Source: Ophelia neglecta
Lineage: Eukaryota
Direction: 5' to 3'
Length of the DNA stretch: 64,000 bases
NCBI GenBank assembly: GCA_965285935.1
Contig: OZ260661.1
Span: 124,000,001-124,064,000 of the forward strand
Under the pieces are notes generated by a model. The model did no database searches. It saw only the letters and a list, made by a program, of their open reading frames with translations, and was not told the DNA's origin. Position numbers and translations under genes: made by a program. Positions 1-12,200 of this stretch are shown here, one piece after another (within the stretch, counting starts at the first letter, position 1; the number at the start of each line of letters is the position of its first letter).

Positions 1-200
1 TACTCATTCAGATGTTTACTTCAGATGCTGAAGATGAAATGTACAAGGCAGTCATCCCTTTTGTCTCCCCCCCCCCCCCCCCCCTTACCTACTCTCCCAT
101 CCCATCCCTACCCCATGTGAGCAGTGGTAAGTAGCCAACCAGAAGTACCAAAATCTCAAAGCCTCCTGTCAAGTCCATTAAGTGATGGTTTCTGACCTAC

Positions 201-296
201 CTGACAAGTGTCCAGATCACAGCAGGTCCCTGTGGCACATGTAGCATTGACAGTCAGCTTACACTCAGTCGGATCACAGCATGTTGTGTCGCAGTC
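201..296 (-). CDS. ADAM12: ADAM exon, disintegrin domain (DCDTTCCDPTECKLTVNATCATGTCCDLDTCQ)
   Basis: 96 nt, phase 0/0; acceptor ttttctccttcag, donor gtaggt; Cys spacing typical of a disintegrin domain. Confidence 0.93.
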
Positions 297-3200
297 CTGA
301 AGGAGAAAACAATACTACTGTACGGTGAAAAGAAACAACCATTCTGATAGGTCAGAATTCCGCTGTCCTCCATCATCTTGTACAATCTTCCATAGCACTG
401 AAATTTCACCTACCCTGACTGATTACTGAACTACACAAGGTGAAAAAGAATGTGAAAAGGGCATACAAATATACTAAGTAGTATCCTACTCAAAGTACTA
501 CTCATCCTTCTAGGACAATAAATCATTTTTTTGGAAAGGTTATTTGACTACCAATTCCATTTATCATCACGAGCCTGTTACTTCTTCCGTGGTGTGTCCT
601 ACCTCGACGAGACCACAGTCACACTCCTCGCCCTCCTCCACAAAGCCGTTCCCACACACGGTGTTCCCGTACAGGTCCTCGGGTAGGTTGTGAAGACAGT
701 GGTCCATCCCCTGGTAAAATGCGTCATCAAACTGCTCCTTGGAGCAGCTCGACCACTTGGTCGGGTTCTTAATACCCCTGAAAATCAACAACTGGAAATC
801 AGTGGGCTTTTTTTCGATTTTTTCCTTCAAGTTCAGTAAAGCTACATGTTTCCTAACAATGTTTTAATTATTCATACCACAGTTACTTTTAGAAGATTGC
901 ACTAAAAACACTTTACATACAATTTACCAATTAGAATTTCTGGACCCTGGTTTGAGGGTTTTTATGACCTTTTCTTGGGTTAGATGTCGATAAAGATTAC
1001 TCTGAGGTACAAGCTGTACATGCCTGGCAGCTGAGAACTCTATATAGAATCTTCAGAAAGAAGACACAAGAGAGAGAGAGTAATTAAGGGAGACTTTCAA
1101 AGAACATCATTACTGGTTTCTGACCAAACTCTACAGAGTGTAAGTTGCTTACAGCCTTTTAACTGGTCTATCATAATTACATTTACCAAGGGACATGAAC
1201 ACAGGTGAGAATTAATTTTGATGGTCACCTGATCATTCAGGATGAATCACCAGTACTAGCCAAACGGGGAATAACAACTTTACAGGCGAATAAAATATAC
1301 CATGAATGGGGAAAAACTGCCCCCAGGGTTTGGTTGTGCTTGAATAATTTTAACTATAAAATTATAATTGCTGATACAGTGTGGCGCTTGTGCTTTGCCT
1401 GGTACTGGCTGGGACATGTTCATTAAGTTCTTTTGTCTTTATTCTAATTGTACCAATTTACACCCCACTTCACACAAATCAGCAGAATTAACTACGAAAA
1501 ACACACTAGTGACTGAACAAAAAAACCAGTATTAATAGAGCCTACTGAGACATGTTTAAATGAACATGTATATGCATGATTCTATCTTTTTTAATTTATT
1601 TATAAATGAGATGTTTATGCAATTGTAACCAGCAAGAATAAAAATTTGTACAAATATGTACAAATATGGTCAATTATATAAAATGGGAAAATAAGTCATT
1701 TCATCTAATATTATAGTTAAACATAAACTAATCATTACAACAGTAATGACGAATATGGTTATGGCCACAGTAATAAACATTTTAACATTGACAGGCAATT
1801 GTCTACTTCCCCTTGGGGAAACAACCTTTCCCTCAGGGTTTACAAGCCCCCTAGGGCTGCTTTGTCATGGAGCAAAAGCTGTGCCACCCACCAAATACAT
1901 TTTAATAACCAGCCGTAAACTAACTGGTAAACATAACTGATGAGAGTACAGCTTGGGCCAGTTCTTTGGACAGTGAAGGGGTGTGATACATGTTACCTAA
2001 ATCATTATACACCATCTCAACATTGTCTAAACAGTTCAGCAGAAAAGGCGTTTATATCTGCAGGAGCCTGACTGACAACTGATGCCTATCACTTTTCCAA
2101 CTGGTAGGAATAAGTCCCAAGTATTATGAACATTGCCAATTTACAGTACCTTAAATTGTGTCAAAATCCGCCCAACAGGACCAATTTGAAAACTCTTGTG
2201 TGTGAGTAACTAGGCTGCTATCTGGCTTAGCAGGCAGATTGAACATCACATATCACTTTGAGTGAGCAATTCATATCAAGCTGAGAGAACTTTTCGTTAA
2301 GGAACGCCGAGTTGATTGAACATTGCTTTTCAGCATGGAAAGTTGATTGAACATAGCCTACGAGAGCTAACTGAGTGCTTTCATTAGATGTTAGCTCGAA
2401 CTGATAAAATCTGAAAAAAATGAGATTCCATCCGACAGAATTCAAGATCTTTTCCATGATGCAACTAATATTTCTGAGAATGCAGACGCCTTACATGATT
2501 TTGATCTTGCCGATGTTCATGACACTGCCGTTTGTGGAAGCCAGTCTGATGACTTATGGGATAGCCCCCCAGTCGACAGAACACCCCGGGAGTGGGGGCG
2601 AGGAGCCTTTCCCAGAACCTCCCTACATCCTGGTACATAAGGAGACGGAGACAGGTGTGCCAACGGGGGTCAAAGCACACAGTTGTCATGACAACCGTCT
2701 GGCAGAGAAACAATTCTACCAGTCTCTAAAAGCCATGCGAGCACAGTTGGATATCTTACAACACATGTTCACACAATGCTGTCTAGGTCAGTATAATTAC
2801 AGTGCTCAGCTACTGGTATCAATTCATATAAACAGGTCTTTTCATTTTTTATTTAGCAAAAAAGCTTAAAAGCTCAAAATAGCCAGCCCTAAATCAGCTT
2901 GTTATTTTGTGTTTCTTCAATCAGTGCTTTCTTTTCTATGCTTATTGGGATAAAAACATTCCACCATAGGGGAGTTTTTAAGAACAAGAGACATAATTAG
3001 TAGACAAAACCCTGCTACTAGCCAGCTGTCGGGCCTGACGTGGGTATTAATGGCCAGTCTTAATGCGCCCAGCTAGCGGTGTCTCCTCTGGAGAGAGGGC
3101 CTAGCTCACACAGAAGACAGCTCGGACATACTGCCAGGCCACAATCAACTTCTGTCCTACCACCAATGCTTCTCCCCAAGTCAAGTCAGATAATTAAAGA

Positions 3201-6200
3201 ATTGTTGTTAATATTAAGATAAAACAGATTCCATACACCACAATATATTATCTGGCATGACAGTTTGACACTGGGTTTAGTTATTTGAGGCATGGCTGGC
3301 TTTATTTTGTAATAAAATGTGTTTCATCTGATCCAGGGCCTATTACTGTATAATTTTTATGATATAGGGTAACATAGTATTTAATACAGAGAAGGGTTGT
3401 TGATTAGGACATCAGACAGATGAAATGGTGGCCAAAGTTTGCTTGCGAGACCTCATCTCCCTAAACCAAGTCAGGTGGAAAGTTAAATGACATTTAAAGC
3501 TCATGAATGTCCCAGTTTTAAAAATTTACGACTATCTAAATCAAAATATAAATTGATACTAGATGTAGTAAGAATTATTTAATTTTAAAACACTTGAAGA
3601 AAACTTCCTTTTTGCTTTGAAGAAATATGAGTGAAAAAAACACTTCCTGCTTGCTTTGAAGAAATATGAGAAAAAAATTTGAAGTAGGGTATGCATAATT
3701 TTAATTTTACGATTAATTTAGGACATTTGGTCTCATTACAGGCTGTCCAACAGGATATTTTTTCCCACCAGGAGGCAGTCAGTGTTACCGGGTTTCTACG
3801 GAGGAGAGGAGCTGGTGGCAAGCACAACAGATCTGCCAATCAGAGGGCAGCAATTTACTGAGTCTCCAAACCGCCTTCGAAGAGTTTACAATCACCAACT
3901 ACCTCAGTCAGAATAAAGGTAACAATGAAAGTACCCCCGATAGAATAAATGTATTTACCAGTAACTGCTTAAGTCAGAATGCAGGTCATAGTAACAAACT
4001 AACATCATAATAAAAGTTATTATAAAATCAACATAAAATAGTCCCTCCCCCTCCCGAAATGGTAAAGTGGTAAAATTGAAATCTGTTAAATTTTCCTGTC
4101 TCCAAAAAATTGTGATTTAAAGGAAATTACTATTGAAACTTGGCTGAAAGACCACCGCTCTATTCAGACCACCTGTCAATTCAGAACACTGATATCAAGA
4201 CCAAACTCTAACCTTCCAATGTGAAATAGTCTGTCTAAACAGACCACCTCTGTGATCAGACCAGTATATGCCAGTCTCATTGGGTGGTCTGAATTCCCAG
4301 GTTTCACTGTATGCCCCCATGATGAAAATTAACAGACCTCACATAATGGAGATTGGGGTAATAATAATTCACAATATACATCATCCTCTAATATCCAAAT
4401 TTAATGCTTCAGCATTATTTTAATCTTTTGTAACACAAACATGACCAATTCAATTCACGTCAATAACATCCTTTGACAGGAATTAAGATCTCAAATTTAA
4501 CACTGCATGTATCTTAACTTAAATACAGGGTCTGATGTCTAAGTTTAACAAAATAAAACAGATTTCCTGCTAACAATAGGTCCTTACCTAGAGAGCCACA
4601 AATACAAATTTTACCAAGTTCTCATGGGAATTCACGTTATTTCTACTAACTCCTTTGCACCAGTCAATGGAGCAGATAAACAAAGTCCCTGCCCTTTATT
4701 TCCTGTCAATCCGGCCCCTTTCCGAGGACAAGTAGGTTAATTGACATATCAACTCGGCGGAGCAGTCCCACCCAGGTTTATCTCACACTAGTCCCCAGAA
4801 AAGCTACTTTGGATTGAACAAGGATACAATTCCAATGGATACCAATCTCATTACAGACAGCATCAGATTTCCCCTGAGATTCTACACTAATGGCAATGAA
4901 CTGACAACCAAAGGTGTCTGGCAGTGGGGACTCGGTACGTACAATGTCTCTTACCCATAAGGCAACAGAGATTTTTTCTTTAAAATCTGTGATTTTTCAT
5001 ATATTCACTATAGTTTGTGAGGGCTACAAACTATTCTCAGGATCGTTGCAATTAAAAAATCATTTAAAACCCATTCTCTGCACAATAATAAATGGTCCAT
5101 CCATGGCAATCCTGTATTAACATATGTTCAGTACAGTATATGGGGAATTGGTTTATAGTTATGGCTTTCATGGCTCCTGTTTTACTACTGATGAATGCCT
5201 CATGTAGTGATGTACAACATAAAATTATGACATTTGGTATCATTGGGGCATCGACTTGCAGAAAATATCAATGTATCAATCACTTTTTTTATCTCTTTGC
5301 TTCAATCACATTAATCACTGTGTAGTGATACAAACAAGTAAATACACGTAGGATTCCAAAAGGCTACTTTTGGTAATTGCATCGGCGTTTCATGTGTTCC
5401 AATTACTTTTTTTAGAATCATTTTTCAGTCACCATAAAAGTAAATTGTGGAAATAAATGTTCCTTGGTCTTAGCGCAAACCTCTCTGAAATTAGCTAATA
5501 TGTCAAATTGACAAAATCTCCATCCTAAAAGCCACAAAACCTTCAGGCAAGCCCATTTTGTATTTATCAGCATGTCCCCAAGTCTCAGCAGCCAATATAT
5601 CAACTAAGCACAACATGCTAGAAATGACAAAATACATCAGTATCTCATATTTCTGGCCTCTATTCCCACAAGGACTATATATCGTTTGTAGGAGATGCTG
5701 GCGAGGTGTTCACCCATACCAACTGGGGAGTTAACGAGCCAAACGACAGCGAACTGGAGAGAGAGGAATGTGTGGAGTATAACTACAGCTATGGCTGGAA
5801 CGATGTGCCCTGCTACCTCCCCCTACGATACATCTGTGAGAGGGACATGGTGATCACTGGGGGACATGAGGGACATACTGAGTGGTGATCACACTACCAT
5901 ACATCTGTGAGAGGGACATGGTGATCACTGGGGGACATGAGGGACATACTGAGTGGTAATCTCACTGCCATACATCTGTGAGAGGGACATGGTGATCACT
6001 GGGGGACATGAGGGACATACTGAGTGGTGATCACTGGGGGACATGAGGGACATACTGAGTGGTGATCACACTACCATACATCTGTGAGAGGGACATGGTG
6101 ATCACTGGGGGACATGAGGGACATACTGAGTGGTGATCACACTGCCATACATCTGTGAGAGGGACATGGTGATCACTGGGGGACATGAGGGACATACTGA

Positions 6201-9200
6201 GTGGTGATCACACTGCCATACATCTGTGAGAGGGACATGGTGATCACTGGGGGACATGAGGGACATACTGAGTGGTGATCACACTACCATACATCTGTGA
6301 GAGGGACATGGTGATCACTGGGGGACATGAGGGACATACTGAGTGGTGATCACTGGGGGACATGAGGGACATACTGAGTGGTGATCACACTACCATACAT
6401 CTGTGAGAGGGACATGGTGATCACTGGGGGACATGAGGGACATACTGAGTGGTGATCACACTACCATACATCTGTGAGAGGGACATGGTGATCACTGGGG
6501 GACATGAGGGACATACTGAGTGGTGATCACACTGCCATACATCTGTGAGAGGGACATGGTGATCACTGGGGGACATGAGGGACATACTGAGTGGTGATCA
6601 CACTACCATACATCTGTGAGAGGGACATGGTGATCACTGGGGGACATGAGGGACATACTGAGTGGTGATCACTGGGGGACATGAGGGACATACTGAGTGG
6701 TGATCACACTGCCATACATCAGTGAGAGGGTACATCTGTGAGAGGGACATGGTGATCACTGGGGGACATGAGGGACATACTGAGTGGTGATCACACTACC
6801 ATACATCTGTGAGAGGGACATGGTGATCACTGGGGGACATGAGGGACATACTGAGTGGTGATCACACTACCATACATCTGTGAGAGGGACATGGTGATCA
6901 CTGGGGGACATGAGGGACATACTGAGTGGTGATCACACTACCATACATCTGTGAGAGGGACATGGTGATCACTGGGGGACATGAGGGACATACTGAGTGG
7001 TGATCACCCTACCATCCATCTGTGAGAGGGACATGGTGATCACTGGGGGACATGAGGGACATACTGAGTGGTGATCACACTACCATACATCTGTGAGAGG
7101 GACATGGTGATCACTGGGGGACATGAGGGACATACTGAGTGGTGATCACCCTACCATCCATCTGTGAGAGGGACATGGTGATCACTGGGGGACATGAGAG
7201 ACATACTGAGTGGTGATCACACTGCCATACATCTGTGAGAGGGACATGGTGATCACTGGGGGACATGAGGGACATACTGAGTGGTGATCACCCTACCATC
7301 CATCTGTGAGAGGGACATGGTGATCACTGGGGGACATGAGAGACATACTGAGTGGTGATCACACTGCCATACATCTGTGAGAGGGACATGGTGATCACTG
7401 GGGGACATGAGGGACATACTGAGTGGTGATCACACTAACATACATCTGTGAGAAGGACATTGTGATCACTGGGGGACATGAGGGACATACTGAGTGGTGA
7501 TCACACTACCATACATCTGTGAGAGGGACATGGTGATCACTGGGGGACATGAGGGACATACTGAGTGGTGACTACACTACCATCCATCTGTGAGAGGGAC
7601 ATGGTGATCACTGGGGGACATGAGGGACATACTGAGTGGTGATCACCCTACCATCCATCTGTGAGAGGGACATGGTGATCACTGGGGGACATGAGAGACA
7701 TACTGAGTGGTGATCACCCTACCATCCATCTGTGAGAGGGACATGGTGATCACTGGGGGACATGAGGGACATACTGAGTGGTGATCACCCTACCATCCAT
7801 CTGTGAGAGGGACATGGTGATCACTGGGGGACATGAGAGACATACTGAGTGGTGATCACACTGCCATACATCTGTGAGAGGGACATGGTGATCACTGGGG
7901 GACATGAGGGACATACTGAGTGGTGATCACTGGGGGACATGAGGGACATACTGAGTGGTGATCACACTACCATACATCTGTGAGAGGGACATGGTGATCA
8001 CTGGGGGACATGAGGGACATACTGAGTGGTGATCACACTACCATACATCTGTGAGAGGGACATGGTGATCACTGGGGGACATGAGGGACATACTGAGTGG
8101 TGATCACACTGCCATACATCTGTGAGAGGGACATGGTGATCACTGGGGGACATGAGGGACATACTGAGTGGTGATCACTGGGGGACATGAGGGACATACT
8201 GAGTGGTGATCACACTACCATACATCTGTGAGAGGGACATGGTATGTCCCTCATGTCCCCCAGTGATCACCATGTCCCTCTCACAGATGTATGGTAGGAC
8301 ACATACAGAGGGTGGTGTGGTGGTTTCATGAAAACGTTGGGGAGCTGTGACAAGTATAATACCCCATACATGTAGGCACATTGGGGGAGGGGGTTCTGTA
8401 TGGTGATTTTTCAAATGTTCATCGACCTATATTTTATAATCTGTACTGACTAAGAAGTCAATAGAGGGTATTATTATAGTTTGTGACATTTTTTATTTGT
8501 TTCTTTAGTGCCATATATAAATATTTTAGTAAATTTGTCTTTCACTTTGTAAATTGTATGATACTATCTCAGATGTGATGTTATCTCATGAACACCAAAA
8601 GGACTAACTACAAAGCCATGTTATAACAGTCATACAATTGCATATTTGTCTCCTTCTCCTAAGTTTTTAATGTCAGAGGAAGAACCTGTGGGTGAATTAG
8701 TTTAAGCCACAGTACTGAGTCCCCCCTATCTGATTGTACAGTGATCAAGTGACAAAATAAAAAGTTTTGACTGATGGTTACAAAATATGTTGTACATAAC
8801 ATATACAACAGTGGATTAAAATAAGAGTACAGAGGTGTGCTGTCTAAATATAGTTAGGGGAAATGATCCAGAACATTCTTCATCCAGGTGTGCAGGCATT
8901 TCTGTACTTATGTAATACATTTTGAGTTTATTTTCAATTTACATCATCTGTTCATGGTTGCTTCATCCTTATATTACAGGATTGGGTGATGGTAAAAGCG
9001 ACATATTCGGCATGTGTAAGGTTTTGAGACACTCGTTTGTTTTTTTCTTGGTTTATTTTCTGTTTTGACTTACCCACTGCTGGGAGCCATGATGCACCGC
9101 TCATCTGGACACTGGCAGGCCTCTGTGTCATGTGCCAGGCCAAAGTTATGACCCATCTCGTGGGCCACAGTGGTCGCCACCGGACCCACGAGAGAACTGT

Positions 9201-12200
9201 GGTCCTGAAGATCAACAAAATACATACCATGTGTACCACACTGAGATTAACTAGATTTAACGGCTTTGTATTAACGGCAAATGTGAAAGCTTCGGCGAAA
9301 GCAGCATTGGTGACAAAATAATCTAAAATATCAGTTATTTTATAACCCAACCCTAACCCAGACATCTCAATTTTGTTTTTGATATAAATGGGTAAGGGTA
9401 TGATTATTATTGTGTTCATATTAGCTCAATTTAAGAGGCCATGTGGCTTTCGCCCAAGCTTTCGCTTTCGCCGTTTTCACAAAGCCGATTTAACACATAG
9501 TGTGTCCTTGTTTTGTACATAAGTTCTTTGAAATGTCGATAGTTAATAAATAATTACTTTTATTCAAAACATACATAGTCATATACTTTTTTTTTGATTT
9601 TGTATAAACAAAAAGAACAACAGACCATAAACTTTAACACATGGTAATGAATCCAAGTCTTATAATATATTACAATTAAAGTTAAGAGTTTTGATATCTT
9701 GTTCCGTTGCCTACCATGTTGACACCTCCTGAGTATCTCCAGCTACAGATAGTCATGATGGGGGCTTTCCCGACCACCCCATCTCCTAACTTCTGGCCCC
9801 TACAAAGACATCAATTTACTTCTATAAGAACATAATATCAACACTGTCAAAGACCAGCTTTTGTTACCTGTTAAGAAAAAAGCACCAAATTAACTTTTAA
9901 GAAGAGTCTACATGAGAAGACCAAAAGAAGATTAAACCTAGTTTACAGAAAATTGTATCAGATGAGATTTCTGATTGAGAATCTCATTGGGACATCACTT
10001 TACAGACAAGACTTTTAGATGTTTGTCCATGTCCTATCCATTTAACTGTTAGCAGCTGGATCTCCATTGACATTTCTTGATAGATTCACAGTGTTTTTAT
10101 ACTCACTGAAATTAGGGAAATGCCTGACAGACCACAACTTATTAACCAATAAACACTTGACTGATATCCCTCGAGGAGATAATCCATTGCCATTAAAGTC
10201 TTGACTAATTTCCGAGTGATTGGCTAAGTTTCATGTGTAGATTGAACCAAGCCATTTGTCAACATCTGCTGGCAGGTGTTCTACAGTTAATGTTTCCTTC
10301 TGCCTTGTTGCTCTGTTCTTATGATTTTCTATCGTAAGAGAAGGATGAATAGTCTGCAGATGGAAGTTTTATACTTCTTTGATAACTCTCGGGACATGGG
10401 TGCAATGGCGTATGTTGCCACGTATTTGGGTAGCTCTCATTGAAATACTTAAAGCTGCATGTATATGAGTAGGGTACCGCTACCTAATGTGCTATGACTC
10501 GAGTGTTATAAGGTTGGAACTGACCAGAAATGTTCCCAAATGAGCATGCACCTCAACCAGGATGGACAATTGAGGGCTTTTCATATACCCCAGTCCAGCT
10601 TACAGCAGACGTCACCACAGCACCCCTCTACACAGTACTAGTGTGAGACCAAAGCTGTGATTTTGCAGTGGTAAAAGGGCCATTGTTCAATATCCCATTG
10701 TCTGAGCTACTAATCCTGAAAGCACTCTCCAATAGAAGTATTGTCTGAATTTTTTGTTTTTAAATATAGAAGGTGAGGAACAATCGAGCTGGTGAAGCCA
10801 AGGGCAATGTTAAATTCCCATGCCCCACAGAAAGTGGTCCCATACTCTGTCTGTGTATTGGTTATTGTGTATTTTACATTTCCGATATAAATTCTAGTTT
10901 TGTATTGGTGGTGGTAGTGGTAGTTGTAGACTAACGTGATGAGCTGTGCGTTGTCGTTGGGGTGTTTGGGAGAGATGTCCTGACGTCTGTAGCTCAGGAA
11001 GTTGTTCATGGTCTTGTCAGCGTTATCCTCGACCTGTATCTTATCTGACTCGATCCATGTCTCCACTCCCACCAGCGCTACGTAGATACCCAGGGGCCTG
11101 TATAACTGAGAAAATATCAAATTGTTAATTATCGCACTGATTTCATTAAAAAAAATATAAATATATTTTCTAATTAATCGTTGATCATTTTTACTTCAAT
11201 CGAATAACACTGCTGGCTTGAAGACTGGTGACAATTCTTAAAGGGATTTTATTTGAAGTGAATGTATGGGAAGTGGCAGGAACTTAAAGAGTCTGGATGG
11301 AAGTGAATGGATCTGGTAGGATTTACAGGAAGCGGAAGTCAGTGAATGGGCATTGTGTAATATAGCAGCAGCCTGAGTGGAAGAAATTGGCAGGATTTGA
11401 CAGACTTTTTACCGAGCATGGCAAAATAAGATTTTAACTTTGGCAAGAATTGTAGAGGGTATGCTTTCTGGTATATCATAACCCACAAGATATTGTTTAG
11501 CAACATCAGATACACATATAGCCTAATTGTTATTTGTTATTAAGGTATAATTATAGGCATATTTCTAAAAGCAAATGCTGGCAGTTTCCTTCGGAGTATA
11601 TGGTAGTACTCATCTATATGAAGTACCTCAACTGTACTATATATTACAATATATTATAATAATTTTGAAATGTACTCGGTCAAGCCAAAATGCTGTAAAA
11701 ACTTGCTAGGATGTATGTGTGTTTATCATTGTCCAGCATTGTGCAACACAAGACTTCTCCAGTAAACCTGATCAAAAAAATAAATCACCATAAATCACAC
11801 AACAAACAATAGATAAATAATTCATTATATAAGAAGTATCCAAGAAGTAGTATCCAGATACTTACCGAGCTGACTACATTGATTATGTCTTTAGTTCTCC
11901 GCACAACTTTCATGATGTTATATTCATAAAATTTATACTGAAAAAAAAAGATCATCCAACATATAATTTACACCAGCTTATCAAACAGCAGAAATCATAA
12001 CATTGAGAGTAGATAATGGTTATATCTTTTATGTATGAAAAGAAATATTAAAAGAAGGAGTTAAATGTATGGGTTATTGTGATATTTAATGTGCTTTAAT
12101 CAGTAATTGAGTGGTTTCCAATTTTCATACTGCTTTCTTACCTGTGCATAGTCATTGACTACATATAACTCAACTATCTTGGTGCTGCCCTCTGTGGCGT

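Noticed and set aside
8952-9419. 155-aa minus-strand ORF over the catalytic exon
   Set aside because: Wrong frame; the HEMGH frame is defined by the splice sites at 9204 and 9074.
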